From contig CALCZC010000025.1 of NCBI GenBank assembly GCA_937903605.1, positions 131,275 through 195,274 on the forward strand: DNA of 64,000 nt, given 5' to 3'. Below, in pieces: positions 30,661-40,444 of this stretch (positions within the stretch are counted from its first letter, which is position 1; each line of letters opens with the position of its first letter). Both the position numbers and the translations under genes were made by a program. The stretch is from an uncultured bacterium. Its GTDB lineage: Bacteria; Patescibacteriota; Patescibacteriia; Magasanikbacterales; GWA2-37-8. A model generated the notes under the pieces. That model was not told the DNA's origin and did no database searches. It saw nothing but the letters and a program-made list of their open reading frames with translations.

Positions 30661-31044
30661 TTATGACATTTCTATACTGTCTGTCGGTTCAGTATGTCCG
30701 CATTTACCACAAACATAATACTGACCTTTCACAGTCGTTTTGCTTAAACAAACACGACAAACGGTAGAATCGTCACTATCTTTGACAGGTGTTACTTTAC
30801 CGCAATTACTACAGCGGTAATAAAGTTTTTTAGCCTTTTGACGAAGCAATGCCTTTTCTACAGAGGACTCCATGGTAGCGAAATTTGCAGTTTCATAACC
30901 TCCTTCCGCTTTCAAATTTGGGAATTCCCCTATCAAAACAGCACTACCGCCACAGTCACATTTTTTGATATCAATTTCAGCATCCTGTTTTTTGAGAGTT
31001 TGGTAATCCAAATCCTCGATTTTTTTTTCAGTAATCCCAACCAT
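30661..31044 (-). CDS. Orphan multi zinc-ribbon protein
   Basis: CDC, CSNC, CRVC, CGKC; GGAGG SD; hairpin at about 30633-30656. Confidence 0.7.
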   Translation of the reverse strand: MVGITEKKIEDLDYQTLKKQDAEIDIKKCDCGGSAVLIGEFPNLKAEGGYETANFATMESSVEKALLRQKAKKLYYRCSNCGKVTPVKDSDDSTVCRVCLSKTTVKGQYYVCGKCGHTEPTDSIEMS

Positions 31045-31201
31045 ATTCTTCCTCCTTTCTTTTTCTCTTCGAATTGATAAAAAGACAAAAATGATACAAG
31101 GGCGGTCCGATGATCATAGCTATTTTTATCAAAATAACAAAAATAACAATTGTCACCACGCCAAGAAACCTCAACATCATCCTTCCGAAATTTTTGTGCA
31201 T
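31028..31201 (-). CDS. 57-aa single-TM orphan
   Basis: GAGGAG SD; MHKNFGRMMLRFLGVVTIVIFVILIKIAMIIGPPLYHF...; overlaps neighbours as in translational coupling. Confidence 0.55.
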   Translation of the reverse strand: MHKNFGRMMLRFLGVVTIVIFVILIKIAMIIGPPLYHFCLFINSKRKRKEEEYGWDY

Positions 31202-31338
31202 TCTTTTTTTCTCCTCTTTAAAAAATTGATAAATTTTTCCAATCCTTTGATCAAAAAAAATACAATAAATGCCGATAGTACGGCACATATTGCCATAAAA
31301 ATTACCAAAAAAATCAAAATTCCTTTTATGATTTCCAA
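31177..31338 (-). CDS. 53-aa single-TM orphan (TTG start)
   Basis: GGAGGT SD; (M)EIIKGILIFLVIFMAICAVLSAFIVFFLIKGLEKFINFLKRRKKECTKISEG; TTGACA promoter near 31413-31418. Confidence 0.55.
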   Translation of the reverse strand: MEIIKGILIFLVIFMAICAVLSAFIVFFLIKGLEKFINFLKRRKKECTKISEG

Positions 31339-31479
31339 GATAACACCTCCGTTTATTTATTAAAGAACTTAATATTTTATTGAACGCCTAAGTTTAATAT
31401 ATTTTGCCATTTTTGTCAAGCTAGCTTAAAAAATAAAAAGTCCCTTATTTTATTCATAAGGGACGACATTTTAACTTTT

Positions 31480-31635
31480 TTAGCTTTTCTCTCCTTTAAG
31501 GAACCAATAAATTTCCATCCCAGCACGACCTATTGCTCCCGCAATAATCAACAGAATGGTCAAAGCCGTGATACCTCCAACCAAAGCTATACCGATAACG
31601 TGCTCTTCCCAAAAATACTTGAACTTTTCTTTCAT
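31480..31635 (-). CDS. 51-aa single-TM orphan
   Basis: GAGGT SD; MKEKFKYFWEEHVIGIALVGGITALTILLIIAGAIGRAGMEIYWFLKGEKS; own TTGACA promoter and terminator at about 31436-31464. Confidence 0.6.
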   Translation of the reverse strand: MKEKFKYFWEEHVIGIALVGGITALTILLIIAGAIGRAGMEIYWFLKGEKS

Positions 31636-31766
31636 CTTTACCTCATTTAAAAAGTTGTTTATCTATATTTTATTTTATTATGCGATTTTGTCAAATAAAA
31701 AAGAAAGGCGGTTCTCCTTGACAGAATAATGTGAAAACATCATTCTAGGAAAAACCGCCTAAAGAG

Positions 31767-32000
31767 CTACCCTGCACATTGTTGAAGATTCACCTCCGGT
31801 AATTGCGAGAATTGTTTTACAGAAAATTGCATACTGCAATCTCTGCATTGGTAGCCACACCTGATGGAAAAGATCGGTTTGACCAGCATAACCAGTCCCT
31901 TGTGAGCTTGGTGTGAAAGTTCACTCAGGACGATGTTGGCACGGCATTGTTCCAAGGGCCCGCCGCACGAAGGACATCTTTTTGTTTTTTCCGGTTTCAT
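31767..32000 (-). CDS. Orphan zinc-ribbon protein
   Basis: CPSC...CRDC; GGAGGT SD; TGCTATAAT upstream; long hairpin at about 31705-31760. Confidence 0.65.
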   Translation of the reverse strand: MKPEKTKRCPSCGGPLEQCRANIVLSELSHQAHKGLVMLVKPIFSIRCGYQCRDCSMQFSVKQFSQLPEVNLQQCAG

Positions 32001-32090
32001 TTTTACCTCCCCCGGAAGTTGATAAAGGGCCTCTTTTGGCTTTTCTTTATCTTATTTGTATTATAGCAGTTATCTTAAAAAAATCCAATC

Positions 32091-32119
32091 TTGACATTTT
32101 TTTAACACCCTGATAATAT
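32091..32119 (+). promoter_or_regulatory. Promoter of ncRNA 1
   Basis: TTGACA-17-TAATAT with extended TG. Confidence 0.7.
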
Positions 32120-32124
32120 CTTCT

Positions 32125-32453
32125 AATTGTTCTTTAGAAGCCCGCGCAGCCAGCGGGATTACCAGTCCGGAACGGTAATGGGAATGCCGAGATTTCCAAG
32201 TTTCTAGGTTCCTTGGAAGAATTTTGACCTCCCCTAGCAAAGACGGATAGGCAAATGTAATGGCTGTACCTCTTCAGCTGTCGTCCGTGACCGTACAAAC
32301 CGAAGCAAAAACTCCTGAAACATCGGGGTTTGGCCCGGTTGAGCTTCGATGGATTTCTTGCAGGCAAACAGGCAAGGTAAGCGTTCATCTGCGCTTATAA
32401 AATCCAGGTCGAATTCCCCTGTCTCGGGGGTCTGGCTAGGCTAAAGAACGATT
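32125..32453 (+). ncRNA. Structured ncRNA, copy 1 (family unassigned)
   Basis: Closing stem GTTCTTTAG/CTAAAGAAC, several helices covarying with copy 2, own promoter and terminator, no credible ORF. Confidence 0.8.
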
Positions 32454-32457
32454 TCCC

Positions 32458-32489
32458 AGCGCGTACGCCATTCAGTACACGCTTTTTTT
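32458..32489 (+). terminator. Terminator of ncRNA 1
   Basis: AGCGCGTAC...GTACACGCT followed by T run. Confidence 0.7.
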
Positions 32490-32501
32490 ATTATCAAGGG
32501 T

Positions 32502-32530
32502 TTGACAAATATGATTTTTTTTGCTATAAT
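32502..32530 (+). promoter_or_regulatory. Promoter of ncRNA 2
   Basis: Perfect TTGACA-17-TATAAT with extended TG. Confidence 0.85.
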
Positions 32531-32535
32531 TAACA

Positions 32536-32919
32536 GCTGTTCTTTAGAAGCTCGCTTTATGCGAGGTTGTTTGCGAACGAAGGAAATTGATGAACCTTTG
32601 TTCAAAAACAATAGGAATACCGGAAAGGGTGTAAAGTAACCTATGTTGCCGCGGCGACATTAAAGGTTTACCCGAAACAAATCTCTCTTGGCAAAGGCGG
32701 TTTAAGGCAAATTATGGTTGTATTTTCACAACTGCTTACCGTTACTGTAAAACACAGGATTGGCCTCCTACCCTTGATTAAGGGCCTTGGGTTTAACGGA
32801 ACTCAAGTCAATCCGATGAGCTCTCGTAGGCTGAAAGGACGAGATGGATGCTTATCTGCTTCCATAAAACCCAGGTAGAATTCCCCGTTTCCGGGGGTCT
32901 GGCCAAGCTAAAGAACAGC
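32536..32919 (+). ncRNA. Structured ncRNA, copy 2 (family unassigned)
   Basis: 12-bp closing stem GCTGTTCTTTAG/CTAAAGAACAGC; paralog of copy 1. Confidence 0.82.
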
Positions 32920-32929
32920 CGATTCCTTC

Positions 32930-32961
32930 AGACGCGTGTCCGTTAACACGCGTCTTTTTTT
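32930..32961 (+). terminator. Terminator of ncRNA 2
   Basis: AGACGCGTGT-CCGTTA-ACACGCGTCT followed by T run. Confidence 0.85.
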
Positions 32962-33028
32962 ATTCTTGCAATTTATCGGCCAAATAGTGTATACTTAAAA
33001 AGTAATTTTCTAAAAAACCTTTTTATTT

Positions 33029-34426
33029 ATGAAAAAAACAACTGTTTTGGTTAAACAAATTTGGGATGACCCGAAAAAATATTTAAATAAAGAAATTTCT
33101 TTGTCTGGTTGGGTACGCACTTCTCGCTCATCCAAAACCTTCGCTTTTATTGAATTCAATGACGGCTCTTGTTACAAAAATATTCAAATAGTCTTCAATG
33201 ATAAGTTGTCAAATTTTTCAGAATTGGAAAATATTTATACCGGATCATCTCTGATTATCAAAGGAAAACTTGTAAAATCAGAGGGTGACAAACAGGCTTA
33301 CGAAATCCAAGCCGACAATATTAAAATAATTGGTGTTTCCGATTTGAGCAATCCTATCCAAACCAAACGCCATTCTTTTGAATTTCTTCGCACCGTTCCC
33401 CATTTACGTCCTCGCACCAACACTTTTATGGCAACTTTCCGTGTCCGATCTGTTGTCGCCCAAGCTATTCATCGTTTTTTTGAAAACAAAGGTTTTGTTT
33501 ATATTCATACTCCGATTTTGACCAGTAACGATGCCGAAGGTGCTGGTGAACTATTTCGTGTAACTACGCTTGATCAAAATAAACTACCCAAAACTCCCGA
33601 AGGTAAAATTGATTATTCACAAGAACTACTTGGCAAAGAAGCTTATTTGACTGTTTCCGGACAATTGGCCGTGGAATCCATGTGTTTTGCTTATCGCAAT
33701 GTTTATACTTTTGGTCCGACTTTTCGCGCGGAAAACAGCAATACCGCCCGTCATGCCAATGAATTTTGGATGATTGAACCGGAAATAGCTTTTGCCGATC
33801 TTTTTGCCGATATGGAATTGGCGGAAGAATTTGTAAAATATCTTATCACCGATTTGTTTGAAAAAGCTCCGGATGAAATGAAATTTTTCAACGAATTTAT
33901 AGAACCGGGATTGATAGAAAAATTGCAAAATATCTTAAAAGAAGATTTTGCTCGCGTAACTTATACCGAAGCGATAGAAATTTTGAAAAAATCCAAAGTC
34001 AAATTTGAATATCCGGTTGTTTGGGAAGATGGATTACAAAGTGAACATGAAAAATATCTCGCAGAAACGGTTTACAAAAAGCCTGTCTTTGTTTACGATT
34101 ACCCCAAAGAAATCAAAGCTTTTTATATGCGTCTCAACGACGATGGTAAAACTGTGGCCGCCACCGACCTGCTTGTACCGGGAATCGGTGAGATTATCGG
34201 CGGATCACAACGTGAAGAACGTTTGGAAGTACTTATTCAAAAACTCAAAGATCACCACTTAAATCCGGAAGATTATTCTTGGTATTTGGACTCTCGCAAA
34301 TACGGTACATTTCCACATGCCGGTTTTGGTCTGGGTTTTGAACGCGCTATTATGTATTTTACCGGGATGAAAAATATCCGCGATGTTATCACCTACCCGA
34401 GAACGCCCAATAACATTGTTTTTTAG
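33029..34426 (+). CDS. asnS: Asparagine-tRNA ligase
   Basis: [37 protein letters not shown]. Confidence 0.97.
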   Translation: MKKTTVLVKQIWDDPKKYLNKEISLSGWVRTSRSSKTFAFIEFNDGSCYKNIQIVFNDKLSNFSELENIYTGSSLIIKGKLVKSEGDKQAYEIQADNIKIIGVSDLSNPIQTKRHSFEFLRTVPHLRPRTNTFMATFRVRSVVAQAIHRFFENKGFVYIHTPILTSNDAEGAGELFRVTTLDQNKLPKTPEGKIDYSQELLGKEAYLTVSGQLAVESMCFAYRNVYTFGPTFRAENSNTARHANEFWMIEPEIAFADLFADMELAEEFVKYLITDLFEKAPDEMKFFNEFIEPGLIEKLQNILKEDFARVTYTEAIEILKKSKVKFEYPVVWEDGLQSEHEKYLAETVYKKPVFVYDYPKEIKAFYMRLNDDGKTVAATDLLVPGIGEIIGGSQREERLEVLIQKLKDHHLNPEDYSWYLDSRKYGTFPHAGFGLGFERAIMYFTGMKNIRDVITYPRTPNNIVF

Positions 34427-34563
34427 CAATAAAGCCTATAAGCAGTAAAGCAATAAAGAATAAAACCGCCCAAATGGCGGTTTTTGCTTACCCTTGTTTT
34501 TTTTTAATAATTAATTTATAATAATGGCGGTTGTTTTTATAGTTCTTTAAACAGGAGGAAAAT

Positions 34564-34893
34564 ATGATAAGGAAACTTATCAAACGTTTCAGGGTTTTAA
34601 AAAAAAGACAGGAAAGAAGGTGTCTTACATGTCCATGGTGTGGAGAAAAAATCAAACCCGGTAGTGAAATAACTTGTTATTCTCTGTTTCACCCGGCAGA
34701 TAGAGACAAATTTACCATGATGGGACGAGTCAAAATCGTTTCTCACAATCCGACAACTTTCGTCGGGTGTACCAGTCTCACTTGTCCGTCAAATCGTGAT
34801 GGGGTAATAATCGGTGGTTTTTTTGAAAAAAACGGTCAACTTAAAATCAAAAAACCGGAATCAAACAAAATATTTGATTTTCGAAACCACTAA
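34564..34893 (+). CDS. Orphan Cys-containing (zinc-ribbon-like) protein
   Basis: AGGAGG SD, TATAAT upstream, CPWC...CTSLTC, downstream hairpin. Confidence 0.65.
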   Translation: MIRKLIKRFRVLKKRQERRCLTCPWCGEKIKPGSEITCYSLFHPADRDKFTMMGRVKIVSHNPTTFVGCTSLTCPSNRDGVIIGGFFEKNGQLKIKKPESNKIFDFRNH

Positions 34894-35002
34894 AAAACTC
34901 GGCCTCGCATTGTATGCGAGGTTTTTTAGTCTTTTGAATTTATACCAAAACAAATCAAAAAGGACCTTAATAAAAGTCCTTTTGATTGAACACTTTTTGT
35001 AT

Positions 35003-35159
35003 TCACCCTGTGAAATAAGATTTGAGTCTATTTCTTATAAATAATTTACCTTTGTAAGATTTTAAGTACTTTTCCCTATGGGTTGCGTCTTGCTGATTTA
35101 AACAAGCTTCATAATAAACCAGTTTTCCTCCTTTAAAATTTAAAATCATTTCACAGGGT
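35003..35159 (-). mobile_element. IR-bounded element carrying a truncated GIY-YIG nuclease ORF (35149-35003)
   Basis: Perfect 12-bp IRs ACCCTGTGAAAT/ATTTCACAGGGT; ORF MILNFKGGKLVYYEACLNQQDATHREKYLKSYKGKLFIRNRLKSYFTG resembles the C-half of small GIY-YIG proteins. Confidence 0.7.
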
Positions 35160-35530
35160 TAACTTTTCCACAATCCATGTAAATTGCAATAAGCTCTGGC
35201 AAAACCCAGTTCAGTGATATTAAATCTGGCTTCAGGCTTATCCTCCGGTTTTAGATATTTCCTATCTACTTTGTTTTCCGTCACATATTCAATCCATTCT
35301 ATATAATGAGTTTCTTCCATTGGATGTTCTACTGCGCCGATTTTTATCAATACCCCGCTATCATCACGTTCTATCACCGGTACATGTTTTTCCAAACTGG
35401 CATCAACGGTATTTTCTGTCTGCAAAATCATAGGTTTACCGCAACAAACCAATTGCCCAACCCCGGTGTGCACCAATTCTACGATATTTCCACAAACCTC
35501 GCATTTGTATACTTCATTAAGTTTAGTCAT
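35159..35530 (-). CDS. Desulfoferrodoxin (superoxide reductase)
   Basis: CEVCGN..CCG, EKHVP, HPM..HYIEWI, CNLHG. Confidence 0.96.
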   Translation of the reverse strand: MTKLNEVYKCEVCGNIVELVHTGVGQLVCCGKPMILQTENTVDASLEKHVPVIERDDSGVLIKIGAVEHPMEETHYIEWIEYVTENKVDRKYLKPEDKPEARFNITELGFARAYCNLHGLWKS

Positions 35531-35661
35531 AAAAGAATAAATTATAATTTCTAAACCCTAAACCCTAAACAATATTCAATATTTAATATCCAATATCAAA
35601 AATTTTTGAATTTAAATTTTTATATTGTTTAGAGATTAGAAATTGGAGCTTAGGATTTCTT

Positions 35662-36186
35662 TTAGTATGTTTCCACAAACACTTCAAAATACCCTTGTGG
35701 ATGAGAACAAGCCGGACATTTATCAGGAGCCTCATCGCCCTCATGAATATATCCACAATTATTACATTTCCAACGTTTCGGCTCATCTTTTTTAAACACT
35801 TCGCCTTTTTCCAAGTTTTCCAATAATTTTTTATAACGAATAGCGTGTTTTTCTTCTACTTCACCAACTTCTTTGAACATTTTAGCTATCTCTGTCTCCC
35901 CTTCTTCAATGGCTTCTTTTTCCATACGCGGATACATATCATTGGTTTCATAAAGTTCACCGGCAATCGCATCTTTTAAATCCTCCGGAAGATCTTTAAT
36001 CATTCCAAGCGCTTTGGCCCAAAGCTTAGCGTGCTCTTTTTCGTTTCCCGCAGTTTCTTCAAAAATATTAGCTATTTGAATGTAGCCGGCTTTACGAGCC
36101 ACGGATGAATAATAAGTATATTTATTGCGAGCCATGCTTTCGCCGGCAAACGCTTCCTCCAAATTTTTCTTTGTTTTTGGACCCAT
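35662..36186 (-). CDS. Rubrerythrin
   Basis: AFAGESMA, EKEH, EEKH, C-terminal CNNCGY..CPAC. Confidence 0.95.
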   Translation of the reverse strand: MGPKTKKNLEEAFAGESMARNKYTYYSSVARKAGYIQIANIFEETAGNEKEHAKLWAKALGMIKDLPEDLKDAIAGELYETNDMYPRMEKEAIEEGETEIAKMFKEVGEVEEKHAIRYKKLLENLEKGEVFKKDEPKRWKCNNCGYIHEGDEAPDKCPACSHPQGYFEVFVETY

Positions 36187-36265
36187 ACAAAAATAAATTA
36201 AACTATAAATTAATAAATTTGTTTTAAAATAATTTTAACTTCTTATGTTTTTTTGATAGTCTGTT

Positions 36266-36380
36266 AAATCCTAATTACCAATTCCCAATGACCAAATCCA
36301 TATATATTTTAGGTTTTAAACATTTTAACATTGGTCATTCATTGGGCATTGGGCATTGGACATTGGGGTTTGGTCATTTT
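36266..36380. repeat. Inverted pair of heptamer arrays (CCAAT-type / ATTGG-type)
   Basis: ccaattcccaatgaccaaat ... cattgggcattgggcattggacattgg. Confidence 0.7.
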
Positions 36381-36533
36381 ATTCCAAGATTTAGACTCTT
36401 ATAAACATACCACACTTCCCCTTTTTTGCCAACCCACTTGTTTTTTAAAAAAGAAGACTTTTTACTGTTCCCTCTTTTTCAAAAATTTGATATAATTTAA
36501 GCAAAGAATGTATTTAAAAATAATTTCAAATTT

Positions 36534-38237
36534 ATGGAGGACGTTTTTATCCAAATTACTCTGCTTTTAGTATTGACTGTTGGTATTGCTTTTACTGTGA
36601 GACTTTTCAAACAACCACTTATCATCGCGTATATTATCACCGGTATGGTGTGTGGTCCGCTTTTTTTGAATCTTTTACACGGTCAAGAAAGGATGTATGA
36701 AGTATTTGCACAGTTTGGCGTAGTTCTCCTACTTTTTATCATCGGTTTAAATCTCAATTTCAATCATCTCAAAAATATAGGCAAAACTTCTCTGGTTGCC
36801 GGATTGGGACAAGTTATTTTTACCGGGATTATCGGTACTCTGATTTTACTGGCGATGAAAGTTCCGCTTTTAACCTCTGTTTATTTAGCAGTAGCGATTA
36901 CTTTTAGCAGTACTATCATAATCATGAAACTGCTCTCGGATAAAAAAGATACAGAAACGGTTTACGGTCGTTATACTATCGGCTTGATGTTGGTACAAGA
37001 TGTTATCGCCGTACTTATTATGATCGCTTTGGGAGTTTTAAAAAACGCGCAAGGTAATATTTTGGATTCTTTTTCTTTACTTTTTTTCAAAGGTCTTTTT
37101 GCTGTAATTTTTGTCGTGTTACTAGCAAAATATGTATTACCTAAATTTTTGGATAAAATTTCTGATTCCGGTGAATTACTTTTTATTTTTACAGTAGCTT
37201 GGTGTTTTGGTGTCGCATCTTTACTAATGTATTTTGGTTTTTCCGCAGAAATTGGAGCTATTGCCGCGGGTTTGGCTCTGAGTAATTCCCCTTATCAACC
37301 GCAAATAGCCTCTCGCGTCAAACCGTTGCGCGATTTCTTCTTAGTATTGTTTTTTATCGTTTTGGGTAGTGAGATGAACGTCGCTTCTTTCAGTGAGATT
37401 TGGCAACCAGGCTTGGTTTTATCTCTTTTTATTCTTATTGGTAATCCATTTATCCTCTACACCCTTTTCCGTTTGATGAAGTTTACTCGTCGCAACAGTT
37501 TTCTCTCCGGAGTAACGGCGGCGCAAGTGAGTGAATTCGGTTTTGTTTTACTTTTTATCGGTGCTCAAACCGGACATATTTTAGGAAATGAAATTGCTAT
37601 TTTTACTCTAGTGGCTATAACAACCATTTTTATTTCTTCCTATTTGATTTTATATAACGAACAAATTTATCGTTTTTTGATCCCGCTATTTAACTTGTTT
37701 GGTTCAGATAAATATCGTGAACAAGAAAAAGAACCTGGCGGTTTATACGATGTCTGGGTAGTCGGATATCATCGTATCGGTCAAAATGTTTGTGAAACCT
37801 TACAAAAAATGAAAAAGAGGTTTGCAGTGATAGATTTTGATCCGTTGGCGATAAAAAAACTACGCGAAAAAAATATCCCTTCGGTTTTTGGCGATGTGGC
37901 TGATATAGAATTTTTGGCTGATTTGAAATTTTGCGCTACTAAGCTGGTTATTATGACTATCCCGACCACCGATGATCAGCTCAATTTCCTCAACCACTTA
38001 CGCGGTGCTCGTTGTAAAGCTCTTGTTATTGCCAATGCTTATCACAAAACCGATGCCAAAATACTTTATGCCGCAGGTGCGGATTATGTGATGATGCCTC
38101 ATCTTCTGGGCGGAGCTTTTGTTGCACAAATGTTGCAAAAAAACGCTTGGAATAAAAAAACTTTTTCGCTGTTAAAAAAAGAACAGCAAAAAATGATTCC
38201 AGAATCAGGAACATTATTATCTCATCTTTTAAATTAA
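36534..38237 (+). CDS. CPA2/Kef-type cation:proton antiporter with TrkA-N domain
   Basis: FSSTIII, LVQD, QVSEF; C-terminal VVGYHRIG. Confidence 0.9.
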   Translation: MEDVFIQITLLLVLTVGIAFTVRLFKQPLIIAYIITGMVCGPLFLNLLHGQERMYEVFAQFGVVLLLFIIGLNLNFNHLKNIGKTSLVAGLGQVIFTGIIGTLILLAMKVPLLTSVYLAVAITFSSTIIIMKLLSDKKDTETVYGRYTIGLMLVQDVIAVLIMIALGVLKNAQGNILDSFSLLFFKGLFAVIFVVLLAKYVLPKFLDKISDSGELLFIFTVAWCFGVASLLMYFGFSAEIGAIAAGLALSNSPYQPQIASRVKPLRDFFLVLFFIVLGSEMNVASFSEIWQPGLVLSLFILIGNPFILYTLFRLMKFTRRNSFLSGVTAAQVSEFGFVLLFIGAQTGHILGNEIAIFTLVAITTIFISSYLILYNEQIYRFLIPLFNLFGSDKYREQEKEPGGLYDVWVVGYHRIGQNVCETLQKMKKRFAVIDFDPLAIKKLREKNIPSVFGDVADIEFLADLKFCATKLVIMTIPTTDDQLNFLNHLRGARCKALVIANAYHKTDAKILYAAGADYVMMPHLLGGAFVAQMLQKNAWNKKTFSLLKKEQQKMIPESGTLLSHLLN

Positions 38238-38247
38238 TCTTCGCTTT

Positions 38248-39609
38248 ATGAATGAATTAAAACAAAAAATTAATGAATTATTATCTTCCAAAGATCCCAG
38301 AGGTGCAATAAGGGAAATGAAAAAACGTCATGCCAGCGAAGTGGCGGAAATTCTACGTGAGATGCAACCGCGAGATCGTAATCTACTGTTCGCTCTACTT
38401 CCTACCAAATTGGCGGCCAAGGCCTTTGCCTATCTTCATCTCAAAGATCAAAAATATTTTTTAAATACTCTCAAAAATGCACAGGTTAGGATTTTACTTT
38501 CCAACCTTTCTCCGGATGACCGTACTCACCTGTTTGAAAGCTTACCTGCCAAACAAGCGGAAAAATTACTTGACCTGCTTTCTATCAACGATTTGCGAGA
38601 AACCAAATTTCTTTTGAACTACCCCAAAGAAAGTGTGGGGCGTGTCATGACCCCGGATTATATTTCCGTTAATTACGCCTGGTCTGTACAAAAAGCTATA
38701 AATTATATTCGCAAAAATAGCGCTAGCGCGGAAACCGCGGATACTATCTATATTACCGATGATGGTGAGCACTTACTTTTTAAAATCAAAATTTCCAAAC
38801 TTATCTTGGCGCAACCAAATTCGCAAATCAAAGATATTTTGGACGAGACAAACACGACCTTAGGAAAATTATCTCCTTTTGATGATCGAGAAAAAGCGGT
38901 GCATCTTATCAAAAAATACAATCTGACCGCGCTACCGGTAGTGGATTCTGCTAATGAAATGCTCGGGATAGTGACAGTTGATGATTTGATGGATGTACAA
39001 GAAGAAGAAACCACTGAGGATTTTCATAAAATTGGGGCTATCTCGCACGATCCCGATGACGGTATAACCGATGATCTAGCCAACGCTCCTATTCGTTTTG
39101 TTTACAAACGTCGAGTTTGGTGGCTTTTGGTTTTGGTCGGAGTAAACTTTTTTTCCGGGGCTGCCATGATGCGCTTTGAAGATATCATCGCCTCCACTGT
39201 CGTGTTAGTCGCTTTTCTTCCACTTCTTATCGGTAGTGCCGGTAATGCCGGCGCTCAAGCCTCTACTATAGTTATCCGCGCTCTGGGTACCGGTCATATC
39301 AAAAAAAATTCCTGGCTAAAAACTCTTTTCAAAGAAATAGCTATTTCTTGGATGCTCGGAATTTCTATGGCCCTGGCAGTTAGTCTGGTTGGATATTATG
39401 CTGGCGGAACAAAAATTGCTTTGACCGTAGCTCTGGCGATGATGAGCGTAGTGATGATTGGGAGTTTACTCGGAGTAACTTTGCCGTTTATTTTTGCCAA
39501 ACTCAAAAAAGACCCGGCTACAGCCAGCGGTCCACTAGTTACCTCTATTGTTGATATTCTCGGAGTTATAATATATTTTTCTATTGCTACTTTTATTTTG
39601 AGTTTATAA
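38248..39609 (+). CDS. mgtE: Magnesium transporter MgtE
   Basis: N-domain, CBS pair, GNAGAQ, DPATASGP...VD. Confidence 0.95.
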   Translation: MNELKQKINELLSSKDPRGAIREMKKRHASEVAEILREMQPRDRNLLFALLPTKLAAKAFAYLHLKDQKYFLNTLKNAQVRILLSNLSPDDRTHLFESLPAKQAEKLLDLLSINDLRETKFLLNYPKESVGRVMTPDYISVNYAWSVQKAINYIRKNSASAETADTIYITDDGEHLLFKIKISKLILAQPNSQIKDILDETNTTLGKLSPFDDREKAVHLIKKYNLTALPVVDSANEMLGIVTVDDLMDVQEEETTEDFHKIGAISHDPDDGITDDLANAPIRFVYKRRVWWLLVLVGVNFFSGAAMMRFEDIIASTVVLVAFLPLLIGSAGNAGAQASTIVIRALGTGHIKKNSWLKTLFKEIAISWMLGISMALAVSLVGYYAGGTKIALTVALAMMSVVMIGSLLGVTLPFIFAKLKKDPATASGPLVTSIVDILGVIIYFSIATFILSL

Positions 39610-39718
39610 GACACGATTTAAAAACCAAACACTTCAGCCTCTAGACTGAAGTGTTTTTTGTTGTGACATTTTTAATTATCAATTTGATTTGTCATGCTGA
39701 ATTTGTTTCAGCATCTCC

Positions 39719-40252
39719 CTATATTTTATATTTTTTTAAATTTTTTCTGCATTCTTTGCGAGAAGGAAAAAGTTCATCAACCAATCGCCAAAACCTAGAC
39801 GAATGATTGAGTTCTTTCAAGTGACAAACTTCGTGCACTATGATATAATCTCGCAAATTTTCAGGCAGATAAATCAATTTATAATTGAAACTTAGAGTTC
39901 CGTTTTTAGCGCAACTCCCCCATCGGCTTTTTTGATTTCCAATTCTGATTTTAGTAAATTGCAAACCCGTTTTTTCACAAACTTCTTTTGTTTTTTGGGT
40001 GATGATTTTTCGCGCTTTTTCTTTGTTTTGTAAATAATCTTTTTTACCTTTGGGGAGCGCTATTTTCGTTTCTTGGTTTTTGATTAAATCTATTTTATGC
40101 GTTATCCAATCGTTTTTTCTACGCAAAAAATCCTCTATTTTGGTAATACTTAACCATACCGGCGCGCAAACAAAAACATCACCATCCTCTTTGATGGTGA
40201 CACGTAGACTTGAAGTTCGTAGATTTCTTTTGAGTAAATACTTTATTGCCAT
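39719..40252 (-). CDS. YgjP/DUF45-like metallohydrolase
   Basis: SRWGSC, YIIVHEVCHL, NHSSRFW. Confidence 0.9.
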   Translation of the reverse strand: MAIKYLLKRNLRTSSLRVTIKEDGDVFVCAPVWLSITKIEDFLRRKNDWITHKIDLIKNQETKIALPKGKKDYLQNKEKARKIITQKTKEVCEKTGLQFTKIRIGNQKSRWGSCAKNGTLSFNYKLIYLPENLRDYIIVHEVCHLKELNHSSRFWRLVDELFPSRKECRKNLKKYKI

Positions 40253-40257
40253 AAATA

Positions 40258-40440
40258 ATTTTAGATTTTAGATTGCAGATTTCAGAATGATAGAGTTATT
40301 TTGTCATTCTGAGTAAAGCGAAGAATCCCTTGTAGTTAATATTATTTCTCAAAGCGTTGCTTAAGGGATCCTTCTCCGCTGTAGCGGATCAGGATGACGA
40401 CGGTTAGACAATCATAATTCATAAATCATAAATCTAAAAT
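40258..40440 (+). repeat. Composite repeat element: heptamer arrays around a GTCAT...ATGAC REP pair
   Basis: Near-identical arms to the inverted copy at 43307-43416. Confidence 0.7.
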
Positions 40441-40444
40441 TGGT

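Noticed and set aside
32134-32388. 84-aa minus-strand ORF
   Set aside because: Antisense to ncRNA 1, no SD, not preserved in the paralog
32125-32919. Assigning the ncRNAs to RNase P, tmRNA, cobalamin or c-di-GMP riboswitch, retron or HEARO
   Set aside because: Only fragmentary resemblance (GGGAA, ACTGTAA, GGTCGAAT, GGCAAA). There is no GAGGAAAGTCC/P4, no acceptor stem with CCA, no B12 box, and no RT or IscB nearby; each unit terminates before any gene.
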